A DNA stretch of 64,000 bases, from the NCBI GenBank assembly GCA_049975065.1, contig JBNGDN010000001.1, one strand, 5' to 3'. This document shows positions 33,093 to 45,913 of this stretch, piece by piece. The notes under the pieces are model-generated. The model was given only the letters and a program-made list of their open reading frames with translations, did no database searches and was not told where the DNA came from. The first letter of the stretch is position 1. Each line of letters starts with the position of its first letter. The stretch comes from Hydrogenovibrio sp. GTDB taxonomy: Bacteria; Pseudomonadota; Gammaproteobacteria; Thiomicrospirales; Thiomicrospiraceae. The translations under genes and the position numbers were made by a program.

Positions 33093-33683
33093 TTATTTTT
33101 CTGCAACCAAATAGGGGTCACGATTCACTGTGTAACGGACAAAAACGTTGCCGTAAAGTTCGCTGCCTTGGCGATCCACTTCGACGGTCATTTGATCGCT
33201 TTTCCAAATGTAAGCGGTGTAATCCGGCGAGCCGCCCCAGCCTTTGCGCACAACTTGGGTGGGTTGGCCGATTTGTGAGACGATGGTCTGGGCGACTTCG
33301 CGTGTGGTGATGCGGCTTAAGCGGTTTTCGAAAGCAATGGATTCGGGACGGTACAAGCGGTACACGGAGGTTAATCGCCCAGTGCCATCATAGCGGAATT
33401 CAACGTAATAACTGTCCTTCATGCGTGACCAGGGGAAAAATTTGTCAATATTTCGTTGCGCATAAGTGGCTCTGGCTTCATGAAATCCACCCAGTTGACG
33501 CAGATGTTTGCGGATGTCCTTGGCCTTGAGATCGACCAAGCTGAGACCAAACAAAGTGATCTCATCGACAGTCTTGGGTGTTTCGGGCGTGTCTTCCGCT
33601 GTCCAGCTCGCTCCGGTAAACACGAGCAGCGCTGTGAACGTCCAGTATTTAAAAAAAGAAAGCAAAGATGGCAAAGAAGGCAT
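33093..33683 (-). CDS. Hypothetical exported protein
   Basis: 196-aa ORF with a hydrophobic N-terminal signal-like segment. No family recognised. Confidence 0.55.
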   Translation of the reverse strand: MPSLPSLLSFFKYWTFTALLVFTGASWTAEDTPETPKTVDEITLFGLSLVDLKAKDIRKHLRQLGGFHEARATYAQRNIDKFFPWSRMKDSYYVEFRYDGTGRLTSVYRLYRPESIAFENRLSRITTREVAQTIVSQIGQPTQVVRKGWGGSPDYTAYIWKSDQMTVEVDRQGSELYGNVFVRYTVNRDPYLVAEK

Positions 33684-33726
33684 AATCTCGTCACTCGATT
33701 CTGGTTTGGAAAAGCGGTTTGCATAA

Positions 33727-35460
33727 TCACTGTAACGGCCGCATCAGCCAATTCTTAATCTGTGTTTCGTCCAAGGGAGCACCCGGGACGTGAAACAGTG
33801 TATGCTTGTCCGCCTCGGGTTGTTCGAATGTTTTGATTTGTTGTCGCATCACCGTTTCATCGGCATCGGATGGGCTGCGATTTTCACGTTGACGCTGGCG
33901 TAAGTTGGCTTCAATCTGCGCATAGTGATCATCGGGGCAAAGGCAGAATTGATAGGCTTGGGCAGGGGTTCGTTCCGCGAGATTGAGAAACGGTTGGCGA
34001 TGTTCGGCTTTAAGAAAGGTGGCATCGACAATGACATTGAAGCCCTCTTGTAATAGGATTTGCGCGTGGTCGTAGAGGGTTTGGTAAGTGCGGCGACTCA
34101 TTTCCGGGGCGTAGAGGCGGGCTTTTTCGGCTGGGGGAACTCGGTGTGTTGGTGCAATGCCATAAAGGCGTTTACGCTCTATGTCAGAGTTGAGAATAAT
34201 CGCATCGATGGCGTCCAAAAGTTGCCAAGCGTAATAGGACTTTCCTGAGCCAGACAGACCAATCATCAGAATCAGCTTGGGCTCGGATACGGCGTAGGCG
34301 TCATTTTCGGCCTGGCGAATGAAGTCCAGTGCCTTGGCTTGCAAACTTTCGGCTTCCGGGGTGTTTTGCGGCAGCTGGTGGTAGCGAAGCGCGGTGATTT
34401 TGGCGCGTACCATGGCGCGATAGACTTGGTAAAATGCCAGGTATTTTACGCCGTCGTAATCGCCGGTCAGGCTCAGATAATAGCTTAACAGCTTACGCTT
34501 TAATCGGGTTTGCTGGCGGTTTTCCAAGTCAATCATTAGAAAGGCGAGATCGTTCATAACATCGATCCAGCGAAATTGTTCGTTGAATTCAATGCCATCA
34601 AACAGGGTGGGCTCGTCGTTTAATAAGGTAATGTTATCCAGATGCATGTCACCGTGGCAGGCCCGGATAAAACCGCCTTTTTTACGCTGTAATAGACCGT
34701 TAAACAGCGATTTCTGCGTGAACAGCGTCCAGTCGGCTAGCTGCTTCAGGCGATAGTGCCATTCCGGGTGCGAAAAGGTTTTCATCAGCGGGGGAAAGTT
34801 TTCCAGCATTGGGTGAATCACATCGTCTGGGTGACCGTAGGCAACACTGTCGGTAGCCGGTTCTGCGCGTTGATGAAAGTCGGCAATGCGGCTGGCGAGC
34901 TGTTGAATTTGAGCATCGTCAAGTGTGTGGTCGATCAGATAGCGGCCAAGCACCTGATTGGGATCGAATTGACGCATTTTAATGAGGTATTCAACCGCCT
35001 CGCCATGTGGCTGAAACTGCAGGTGATTTTGATCGTTCAGGTAAAGCGGGCAAATTCCCAGATACAGTTGCGGAGCCGTGCGCTGATTGAGTTGTATTTC
35101 CAGTTGGCAATAGGTGTGACGTGCGGCGAGAGTGGCGAAATCCAAAAAACCGAAATCCACCGGTTTTTTGAGTTTATAAGCAAATTCACCGGTTAAGAAC
35201 ACCACGGAAATGTGGGTTTCAATGGTGGTGATGACTTCCGTCGGATGCGGGTAGCAATCTGCGCTGGAGAGTTCGTCGATCAGAAAAGTCAGGTTCACGA
35301 ATTCAGAAGCCTGTTCAGAGGGTGGTAAAAGGGTTTTGAATGGGGCGTTCGGAGCATTTTGGCCGTTGAATTGCCTTGGGTGTAAACGAACCGCCCCCAA
35401 GTGAGGGCGCGGTTGCGTGTGTTTTTCGAACGTTTTGGCGTTTGTTTGTTGTAACGCCAA
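33727..35460 (-). CDS. Fusion protein: aminoglycoside-phosphotransferase-like kinase domain + P-loop (AAA_33-type) kinase domain
   Basis: HGDMHLDNI catalytic loop and D..F (IDVMNDLAF) in the first two thirds; GLSGSGKS Walker A in the C-terminal third. TTG start 6 nt after the dksA stop. Confidence 0.72.
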   Translation of the reverse strand: MALQQTNAKTFEKHTQPRPHLGAVRLHPRQFNGQNAPNAPFKTLLPPSEQASEFVNLTFLIDELSSADCYPHPTEVITTIETHISVVFLTGEFAYKLKKPVDFGFLDFATLAARHTYCQLEIQLNQRTAPQLYLGICPLYLNDQNHLQFQPHGEAVEYLIKMRQFDPNQVLGRYLIDHTLDDAQIQQLASRIADFHQRAEPATDSVAYGHPDDVIHPMLENFPPLMKTFSHPEWHYRLKQLADWTLFTQKSLFNGLLQRKKGGFIRACHGDMHLDNITLLNDEPTLFDGIEFNEQFRWIDVMNDLAFLMIDLENRQQTRLKRKLLSYYLSLTGDYDGVKYLAFYQVYRAMVRAKITALRYHQLPQNTPEAESLQAKALDFIRQAENDAYAVSEPKLILMIGLSGSGKSYYAWQLLDAIDAIILNSDIERKRLYGIAPTHRVPPAEKARLYAPEMSRRTYQTLYDHAQILLQEGFNVIVDATFLKAEHRQPFLNLAERTPAQAYQFCLCPDDHYAQIEANLRQRQRENRSPSDADETVMRQQIKTFEQPEADKHTLFHVPGAPLDETQIKNWLMRPLQ

Positions 35461-35466
35461 AGAGGA

Positions 35467-35898
35467 TTAGGCGATCCCCTGTTTCTCGCGCATTTCTTGT
35501 TTGGTTTTCATTTCCACCGTTAAGGTGGCTGTAGGACGCGCTTCCATTCGGGCCAAACCAATGGGGTCACCGCTCATTTTGCAATAACCGTACTCACCGT
35601 TTTCAATGTCTTTCAGCGATTTATCAATTTTGGCAATCAGTTTACGCTCTCGGTCGCGCGTTCTTAATTCCAAGGCGAATTCTTCTTCCTGTGATGCGCG
35701 GTCGTTTGGATCGGCGGGGGTTGATGAATCCGAGCGAAGATGATTTACGGTGTTGCTGGCTTCCCAAATCAACTGTTTTTTCCAGGCCAAGAGCTTGTTT
35801 TTGAAATGTGTCAGCATTTCCGGACTCATGTATTCTTCATCGGGCTTCGGTTCATACTGTGGGTAGTTTTCGATAAAATCATGTGAAAGTTCCATCAC
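35467..35898 (-). CDS. dksA: RNA polymerase-binding transcription factor DksA, cysteine-poor (zinc-independent type)
   Basis: Collinear with E. coli DksA (DP.DRA.QEEEF.LELR.RDRERKLI.KI...). The C4 finger positions read C-K-M-S ... T-V-E-M instead of C-x-x-C ... C-x-x-C. Confidence 0.9.
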   Translation of the reverse strand: MMELSHDFIENYPQYEPKPDEEYMSPEMLTHFKNKLLAWKKQLIWEASNTVNHLRSDSSTPADPNDRASQEEEFALELRTRDRERKLIAKIDKSLKDIENGEYGYCKMSGDPIGLARMEARPTATLTVEMKTKQEMREKQGIA

Positions 35899-36217
35899 TT
35901 TCCCTTTTTTATTATTGTGTTAGACCGAGTTCGGCATTCAATGTTTGCTCTAAGCGGAAGCTGCCAAGGGTCTATTCTGAATAAAAAATCTTAACGCTCG
36001 TCCCAGACGTGTGAAAAGATCCGGCAAAAATCTAACTGCGTTTTATACCAAGTTTTCCAAACACAGACAACCTATTTTACCAGCCAAGTCGAATGGATTC
36101 TTGAGTAAATGCTCGCACGAATTGAGGAAAAAGGCCGTTAAACCCTGTAAGAAAGTTGCAAAATTCGTCAGATGCGCTTTAATAATGCGAGTTTTTAACG
36201 AATAAGGAATAGCGAAA

Positions 36218-36985
36218 ATGGCAGAATTACAGGCGTTGTTATTTGATGTGGACGGCACTTTGGCGGATACCGAGCGAGACGGTCATCGGGTGGCGTTTAA
36301 TATGGCCTTTGAGCAGGCTGGCCTTGATTGGCACTGGAATGAAGCACTTTATGGTGAATTGTTGGCCGTCACAGGCGGCAAAGAACGCATTCGCTATTTC
36401 TTGGAAAAGTTTCACACCGACTTTGAAAAACCGGACAATTTCGATGACTTTGTAAAAGGATTGCACCAGGCAAAAACCGATTTCTACACCCAGTTATTAT
36501 CGGAAGGAAAAATTCCCTTGCGTACCGGGGTTGAGCGTTTGATTCAGGAGGCGCGCGATGCTGGGTTGCGCCTAGCGGTGGTGACCACCACCACGCCGGC
36601 TAATGTCACTGCGTTGCTGACGCACACATTGGGGGAAGACTCGGAATCTTGGTTTGAAGTCATTGCCGCCGGCGATATTGTCCCCGCCAAGAAACCGGCA
36701 CCGGATATTTACCACTGGGCGTTAGAGCAGATGTCGCTGGCACCGGAAGAGGCGATTGCGTTTGAGGATTCGCTCAATGGCATTCTGTCTTCGTCAGCGG
36801 CTCAGGTGCCGACCATTGTGACCATTAATGATTACACCAAAGACGATGATTTTTCCAAGGCGGATCTGGTGCTGGATCACATGGGCGAACCGGATCAACC
36901 GTTTCAAGTGCTGTCCGGTGATGCTTTCGGTCATCAGCACTTGAATCTGGAATTGGTTCGAGCCTTGTCCAAATCGGGCAGATAA
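36218..36985 (+). CDS. cbbY: HAD-superfamily phosphatase, CbbY-like
   Basis: LLFDVDGTLADTERDGHRVAFN.AF...GLDW.W....Y.ELL..TGGKERI matches the CbbY N-terminal pattern. Confidence 0.75.
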   Translation: MAELQALLFDVDGTLADTERDGHRVAFNMAFEQAGLDWHWNEALYGELLAVTGGKERIRYFLEKFHTDFEKPDNFDDFVKGLHQAKTDFYTQLLSEGKIPLRTGVERLIQEARDAGLRLAVVTTTTPANVTALLTHTLGEDSESWFEVIAAGDIVPAKKPAPDIYHWALEQMSLAPEEAIAFEDSLNGILSSSAAQVPTIVTINDYTKDDDFSKADLVLDHMGEPDQPFQVLSGDAFGHQHLNLELVRALSKSGR

Positions 36986-37042
36986 TACCAGTCGCTAACC
37001 AGTCGCTTAGCAGTCATTGTGGCCAACGGTCGGTTAGAGTCT

Positions 37043-38440
37043 TTAGGCTTTTGCCCCAAGTAAGCGGGTGACGCCAAAGGCGGCGTCGGCGTGATTTACG
37101 TTGACCATTTCGCCGGGCAACGCTTGCGCCCGCAAAGCCATCCAGGCAGTGTTCTGTGTGCCACCCCCAGTGGTGAACAGCCGTTTCAGTCTGGGTGCGC
37201 CCAGCGTTTCAAAGCGTTGATACCCCAAGGCTTCAATGGCCACCAATCCTTCCAGCAGTCCCTGTAAAAATTGTTCATCCGAATCGGGTCTTGGCGTCAC
37301 GCGCGGAGCCAGCGTCGGGTCGTTGATAGGAAATCGCTCGCCGTTCGACAGCAGCGGATAGTAGTCTAAACCGCTCGGTTGCTGAATATTGAGCTGGGCG
37401 ATCAGCTGTTTCAGCGTTTTCAGATCAAAGTATTTCAATAGGACGGCACCACCGGCATTCGATGCGCCGCCAACCAACCAGCGGTCTTGCAGGCGATGGC
37501 TGTAAAGACCGTATTCCGGCGCAAAAATGGGTTGGTCGGATAACAGTTTCAGTGCCAGAGTGGACCCAAGCGACGTGACGGCGTCTCCGATTCGATGAGC
37601 GCCGGTGGCTAAAAACGCCGCTAGACTGTCGGTGGTGCCGCTGACAATTTGCATGCTCGGGTCGAAGCCGAATCGTTTGGCCAAGTCGGGGGAGATTGAG
37701 CCAATGGGCGTGCCGGGGGACACGACTTTCGGCAAGCAGAGCTGTGTCAGCTCGCCAATCCAGTTTGGCCAGGCCTGGTGAATCGGGTCGTATCCCAGTT
37801 TCAAGGCGTTATTTTCATCTGTGGGGACAGGGTGCCCCGTGAGATAGCGGTTCACCCAGTCAATTTGGTGGAAAATATGTGCTTCTTCCCGTTGCGTGAC
37901 CGTGAGTTGATGGGCTTCCAACCACATGACTTTCGCCAGCGTGCTGGAGGCACCGTGTGCCGCGCTCTGCTTGGGTGCGATGCGGGCGATGCGCGAGGCT
38001 TGCGGCTGCGCTCTTCGGTCGTCGTACATCCGTGCTGATGTCCAGGCTTCCCCTTGCTGGCTGCCCAGCAGAACGGTGGAGGAGGTGGCATCCAGTATGC
38101 AATGGGTGATGCGGTTTAAAGGGGTTTTCTGTGCCAGAGAGGCGAGCAGGCGATTGAGTGTCTCAATCCATAATTCGGGACTTTGTTCACTGCAAGCGTC
38201 CTGTCTGTCGGGAAATGGCATGGATTCGGTGGCGGTTGCGAGGGTCTCGTCAAAGGCACGGCTGTTGGCCGGAATAACCAGCGCACGCATTCCCGATGTG
38301 CCAATGTCGATTCCCAGCCAATGTTCGCTGTTTGCCGTGTTTTGTGAGTGTAAGGTGTTGGGTTGTGTCATCATAAAATTGCCGTATTGGCGCTGCGTCA
38401 GTCGGGTGGCCGGTTGGTTCAAAAAACAGACTCGGCTCAT
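37043..38440 (-). CDS. FGGY-family carbohydrate kinase
   Basis: LGIDIGTSGMRA N-terminal phosphate-1 motif and C-terminal ...TTGGGTQNTAWM... motif. Start is uncertain (38440, or the ATGATG at 38374). Confidence 0.8.
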   Translation of the reverse strand: MSRVCFLNQPATRLTQRQYGNFMMTQPNTLHSQNTANSEHWLGIDIGTSGMRALVIPANSRAFDETLATATESMPFPDRQDACSEQSPELWIETLNRLLASLAQKTPLNRITHCILDATSSTVLLGSQQGEAWTSARMYDDRRAQPQASRIARIAPKQSAAHGASSTLAKVMWLEAHQLTVTQREEAHIFHQIDWVNRYLTGHPVPTDENNALKLGYDPIHQAWPNWIGELTQLCLPKVVSPGTPIGSISPDLAKRFGFDPSMQIVSGTTDSLAAFLATGAHRIGDAVTSLGSTLALKLLSDQPIFAPEYGLYSHRLQDRWLVGGASNAGGAVLLKYFDLKTLKQLIAQLNIQQPSGLDYYPLLSNGERFPINDPTLAPRVTPRPDSDEQFLQGLLEGLVAIEALGYQRFETLGAPRLKRLFTTGGGTQNTAWMALRAQALPGEMVNVNHADAAFGVTRLLGAKA

Positions 38441-38644
38441 TATAGCAAACCGTTCGATAATGGCGTCAGTGTGCTTTTATTTAAAGTGGAATTAAAGTAA
38501 AATTCTGACTACTTTTGAAGGTTTCCCAGCCGTGCCGTTGACAGGCGGTATTCGGCGGGCGTCAGCCAACGATCTCAGATGCTGTCCAGGCGATCCGATT
38601 CTATCAACGCAAGACATTGCAATAACGTGTAAGGAAAGTGCTCA

Positions 38645-41832
<3,188 letters not shown>

Positions 41833-41861
41833 AAAGCGTTTCAATATCTGATAAGGAAATA

Positions 41862-42410
41862 ATGATGGTCAGACCGCGTAATGTGAATCGAACCAAAGCT
41901 AAGAAAGAAATTCCAGACTGGGAACAGGAAGAATTTGAAAGCCGCACCGACATTAAAAAAGCGGCTCAAGCGGTTACGGAAATGGGTGAGCAATTGGCGG
42001 AGTTATCCGAAACGGCGCTGAAAAAAATGGCCTTGCCGGAAGAGCTGCTGAATGCGCTGCTGTTAATGAAAGAAATGAAAAATGGGCCAGCGATTAAGCG
42101 GCAGAAGCTGTTTATCGGCAAGTTATTGCGCAAGAATGAGCCGCTGATCGTTGAGATCAAAGCACGATTGTTTGCAATGGAGCAGCAAGCCAAGCAGCAA
42201 AATGCCCATTTTCATCGTCTGGAAAAATGGCGCGATCGTCTGGTGACCGAAGGCGATGAGGCGCTGAATGAATTTGTGGCGGAATACACTCAGGCTGATC
42301 GCAGTCAGTTACGGCAGTGGATTCGTAATGCTCAGAAAGAAGCGGAACAAAACAAGCCGCCTAAAGCCTCCCGAGCGATTTTTCAATATTTAAAAGGTCT
42401 GGAGTGGTAG
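41862..42410 (+). CDS. yjgA: Ribosome-associated protein YjgA (DarP, DUF615)
   Basis: C-terminal ...NKPPKASRAIFQYLKGL... parallels E. coli YjgA (...NKPPKSARQIFQYLREL...). The ATG at 41862/41865 follows AAGGAAA. The track ORF start (41805) lies inside the repeat. Confidence 0.85.
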   Translation: MMVRPRNVNRTKAKKEIPDWEQEEFESRTDIKKAAQAVTEMGEQLAELSETALKKMALPEELLNALLLMKEMKNGPAIKRQKLFIGKLLRKNEPLIVEIKARLFAMEQQAKQQNAHFHRLEKWRDRLVTEGDEALNEFVAEYTQADRSQLRQWIRNAQKEAEQNKPPKASRAIFQYLKGLEW

Positions 42411-42433
42411 TACCATTTGGGCGCTCATTTTCG

Positions 42434-42443
42434 CCAGGCCTGG
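42434..42443. repeat. Intergenic copy of the iterated palindrome CCAGGCCTGG
   Basis: Exact 10-mer (12-bp palindrome gCCAGGCCTGGc) in the 40-bp yjgA/DUF3817 spacer. Confidence 0.95.
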
Positions 42444-42450
42444 CCAAATG

Positions 42451-42744
42451 TCAGCGGTGTCCCAGTTTGCGCAGGATGGTGGCTTGGTAAATAAAGGTTC
42501 CGAAGGGGATTAGAGCCGCCAGAAACCCTCTGAAAGCCTGCATTTCCGTAAGCCATCCTTTCAGCGCGTAGGCGGCTAGCAACGCGCTGAACGTCATAAA
42601 TAAAATGCCGTGCAATAGTCCGATGATCGAAACGGCATGCGGATACCCGAAAGCGTATTTCAGCGGCATGGCGATGAATATGAGCGCCACCAGCGTGGTG
42701 CCTTCCAATATCGCCAACCCTTTCAAATAAGCATACCGTTGCAT
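42451..42744 (-). CDS. DUF3817-type small integral membrane protein
   Basis: 97 aa, three TM helices, pattern ...LEGTTLVALIFIAMPLKY... Confidence 0.65.
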   Translation of the reverse strand: MQRYAYLKGLAILEGTTLVALIFIAMPLKYAFGYPHAVSIIGLLHGILFMTFSALLAAYALKGWLTEMQAFRGFLAALIPFGTFIYQATILRKLGHR

Positions 42745-42769
42745 GGATATTCAGCCAGTCCTTTCCATT

Positions 42770-43681
42770 TCAAAACATTCGGTTCAATAGCAGTCGAAAG
42801 GACTCCCGTGACACACGGTGCCCGAATTCAAATAAAACCAAACCTAAAATCACCAGGCCTGCCCCTGTCCAGATGGTGGCATTGAGCGGTTCCTGATTTA
42901 GGAAATGCCCCAGCAACAGGGCGATGATCGGGGTGATTAAGGTAATCAGTCCCAGTCGCACCGCATCCAGATGCCGCAGCACATAGTAGTAGAGAATAAA
43001 CCCGATCAGCGAGCCGAATACGCCGAGGTAGACAATGGCGCTCAGGGCACGATTTGGCAAGGCGGGTAACTCGATTAAAAATTGCGGATGCAGCAGCAGA
43101 TACACCAGGCTGGAAATCCAGACGGCTCCGGCGACAATGTGCGTGTTGGGCAGACCGTGATTGAGTTTTTTCACCAGTACGGTGCTGAGCGAATGAAACG
43201 TCACCGACAGTAGGGCGAAGCCCAGTCCGGTGAGCAGGGTTTTTCCGGCAGCAGTTTGCCAGCTCAAGTTGGGTGCCAGTACCACCATGAGGCCGATAAA
43301 ACCGACCAGTAACCCCAGGTATTTGCTGAGGGTTAAGGCCATGTTGTGCAAAATAAAATAAGCGAAGAGCCCGGTGACCATCGGCGTTAAACCGAATAAA
43401 AGCGAGACCCATCCGGAAGGCATGGTTTGGGCGGCATAGTACATGGGCGTCATGCCGCCGAGCATGCCGAGACTGGCGGCAAGATAGATGAGTAGATCCT
43501 GTTTTTTCAGTGAAAACCGCTGACGTGTCCAGAAAAGTAAAATGGGAATAATCAGCAGGGCACTGATGAAAATGCGACCGGCCACCCCCACGAGCCAGTC
43601 CTGCTGGCCGCTCCATTGAATGGCTAAAGGGGTGGTAGACCAGATCAGTATCACAGCCAGATAAGCAAGCAATAGTGGCAT
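42770..43681 (-). CDS. EamA/DMT-family transporter
   Basis: 303 aa, about ten TM helices, two EamA-like halves. Confidence 0.8.
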   Translation of the reverse strand: MPLLLAYLAVILIWSTTPLAIQWSGQQDWLVGVAGRIFISALLIIPILLFWTRQRFSLKKQDLLIYLAASLGMLGGMTPMYYAAQTMPSGWVSLLFGLTPMVTGLFAYFILHNMALTLSKYLGLLVGFIGLMVVLAPNLSWQTAAGKTLLTGLGFALLSVTFHSLSTVLVKKLNHGLPNTHIVAGAVWISSLVYLLLHPQFLIELPALPNRALSAIVYLGVFGSLIGFILYYYVLRHLDAVRLGLITLITPIIALLLGHFLNQEPLNATIWTGAGLVILGLVLFEFGHRVSRESFRLLLNRMF

Positions 43682-43705
43682 GGTGTTGTCAGCCTAGCCG
43701 TGGTG

Positions 43706-44215
43706 TCAAACGTTTAATTCAAACACGCCTTTCTGGTGGTTTTTAGACACTTGATTGGCTTGGAAAAGTTCACCGTTCATGGCGATATACACTCCGGCAT
43801 CGGCCAGTTGTGCCGCCATTATTGCGGTGCCCAGATTAAACATCGCATCCGAGTGACCCAGGCGGTAAGGACGCATGGCTCCGGTTAAAACGATGGTTTT
43901 GTTGTTCAGTATTAGGGTGTCGGACAGCATTCGAGCGGTTTCAACCATGGTGTCGGTGCCGTGGCTGATAACGATGCTGTCGGTGTCGGCCTGTTCGCAA
44001 AGTTCGGCAATGCATTGTCGGTCAAAGTCGGTCATGTCGAGGCTGTCTTTCAGCATGGGAATATGGGTCTGAATACTGAGGGTGGTATTGGCCTGTTGCA
44101 GCATTTCCGGTAAGTGTGTTTCGCAGAACATCAGTTCGCCGGTAGTGGTTTGATAATCTTTATCCAGGGTGCCGCCGGTAACGATCAGCGTAATTTTGGG
44201 ATCCGGTGGGTTCAT
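43706..44215 (-). CDS. Single-domain asparaginase homologue (N-terminal catalytic domain only)
   Basis: 169 aa. TGGTLDK nucleophile motif and SHGTDTM motif of the L-asparaginase N-domain. The roughly 150-aa C-domain of canonical enzymes is missing. Confidence 0.7.
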   Translation of the reverse strand: MNPPDPKITLIVTGGTLDKDYQTTTGELMFCETHLPEMLQQANTTLSIQTHIPMLKDSLDMTDFDRQCIAELCEQADTDSIVISHGTDTMVETARMLSDTLILNNKTIVLTGAMRPYRLGHSDAMFNLGTAIMAAQLADAGVYIAMNGELFQANQVSKNHQKGVFELNV

Positions 44216-44235
44216 AGCGAAAAGCCTTCGTTGCT

Positions 44236-44700
44236 TCAGTTAGGTTGGCGGAGAATACCGGTGACAATGCCGAGAATTTCAATGTTTTCATTGGTGATGA
44301 TAATGGGTTCCATCTCGGCATTCGCCGGTTGCAGGCGAATGCCGGTTTTTTCAATGTAGAATTTTTTCATGGTGACTTCTTCATTGTTGATGCGCACCAC
44401 CACCGACTCGCCGTTTTCTGCGGTAGAACGGCGTTCGATAATGACGATGTCGCCGTCTTCGATGTTTTCGTCAATCATGGAATTGCCTTTCACCCGCAAG
44501 GCAAAGGTCTCCTTGCGCACCATGGATTGCGGAACGGAAACCGTATCGTAATCCATTTCCATTTGAATCGGTTGCCCGGCGGATGTCCAACCCAGCAGGG
44601 GGACTTGCACAAAATCCACGTCCATCAGTTCCACGGGATCGGCAGTGGCCAGCAGGTTTTTTTGCTGACGTTTGGGAATCAGATATGCGACATTTGACAT
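44236..44700 (-). CDS. S24 peptidase, UmuD / LexA-C-terminal-domain-like, with no DNA-binding domain
   Basis: 154 aa. Ala-Gly cleavage context (PLLGWTSAGQP versus LexA LLGRVAAGEP), Ser in KGNSM, Lys in TMKKF. Only about 30 aa precede the cleavage loop. Confidence 0.75.
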   Translation of the reverse strand: MSNVAYLIPKRQQKNLLATADPVELMDVDFVQVPLLGWTSAGQPIQMEMDYDTVSVPQSMVRKETFALRVKGNSMIDENIEDGDIVIIERRSTAENGESVVVRINNEEVTMKKFYIEKTGIRLQPANAEMEPIIITNENIEILGIVTGILRQPN

Positions 44701-44751
44701 AGGCGTTTCTCAAAAAAGAAGTTCTGGGCTATCTTAGCGCGATGTTCATGG

Positions 44752-45051
44752 TTATGGAAGCACCTTTTTAAAGGGTTTGACCTCAACTTTTTCGTAAACG
44801 CCGGCCGCCAGATAAGGGTCGGCATTTGCCCAGGCCTGGGCGTTTTCCAAAGAGTCGAACTCGGCGACGATGAGGCTGCCGCTGAACCCGGCTTCGCCTG
44901 GGTCGTTGGAATCCACGGCGGGGTTGGGGCCGGCCAAAATCAGACGACCAGCCTCTGACAGTGCTTTTAAGCGAGCGATGTGTTCTGGGCGTGCCTGCGC
45001 ACGTAATGGCAAACTGTTTTCGACGTCGTAGGCGAATATGGAATACAACAT
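44752..45051 (-). CDS. yciI: YciI-family protein
   Basis: 99 aa with pattern ...RP.H......L...G.L.LAGP...; lies 2 nt downstream of yciB. Confidence 0.8.
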   Translation of the reverse strand: MLYSIFAYDVENSLPLRAQARPEHIARLKALSEAGRLILAGPNPAVDSNDPGEAGFSGSLIVAEFDSLENAQAWANADPYLAAGVYEKVEVKPFKKVLP

Positions 45052-45053
45052 GA

Positions 45054-45752
45054 TTATTTCTCGTCTTTTTTTGGGGTGGGTGGGTTGTTAGAGCTTGTAT
45101 TTGCCGACGTTTGCGCGGTGTCGGTGGTCTGCCCACTGGACACTGAATCGAGTTCCGCACTGGCCAAGGTATCCAGGGTGGTGTCCATTACGCGTTGTTC
45201 GGTTTCGTCAAACGTCTCTTCATCCTTGGTTTTAATGTAACGGCTGATGTATAAGCCTTGAATAATGATGAACAGAAGGGTCAGCCCCATCAGGCCGAAC
45301 AGTTTGAAGTTGACCCAAGTATCGGTGTCAAACTGGTAAGCGACGTAGATATTCGCGACCCCAGAAAAGATAAAAAAGGCGACCCACATATAGCTCAGAT
45401 TCACCCAGACGCGATCCGGCAGGGTAATGGCTTGATCCATCATTCGGCGGATAATCGGTTTCTGGCCGATATAGTGACTGCCTAAAAAGACCAGTGCAAA
45501 GCCCCAGTTGACGACGGTGGGCTTCCACTTAATAAAGTCTTCATCCTGAAAAATCAGCGTGGCTCCGCCCAAAATGACGATCAGCGCCAAGGTAATAAGG
45601 TGCATTTTTTCAACGCGCTTGTCTTTGGCGTAAACATAGGCCACTTGGGCAATCGAGGCGACTATGGCCACCGCCGTGGCGACATAGATATCGTACATTT
45701 TGAAGGCGATGAAGAATAGAATGACGGGAAATAAATCGAATAATAGTTTCAT
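45054..45752 (-). CDS. yciB: Intracellular septation protein YciB (IspZ) with Ser/Thr/Pro-rich C-terminal extension
   Basis: [18 protein letters not shown]... N-terminus and five TM helices. About 50 extra C-terminal residues compared with E. coli YciB (about 180 aa). Confidence 0.85.
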   Translation of the reverse strand: MKLLFDLFPVILFFIAFKMYDIYVATAVAIVASIAQVAYVYAKDKRVEKMHLITLALIVILGGATLIFQDEDFIKWKPTVVNWGFALVFLGSHYIGQKPIIRRMMDQAITLPDRVWVNLSYMWVAFFIFSGVANIYVAYQFDTDTWVNFKLFGLMGLTLLFIIIQGLYISRYIKTKDEETFDETEQRVMDTTLDTLASAELDSVSSGQTTDTAQTSANTSSNNPPTPKKDEK

Positions 45753-45913
45753 TTAGAATACTTTGGGCTGTGTTTGATAAAATGGATCAGCGTTGTCTGT
45801 CTGACTTCGGTTAAGACGCTGTGCGGACGACACTCATTTTATATGGGATGTGCGCGTAAGGAAACCCATATCATACGAATTACTGTTTTAACCCAAATGT
45901 TTCAGGATATTGA

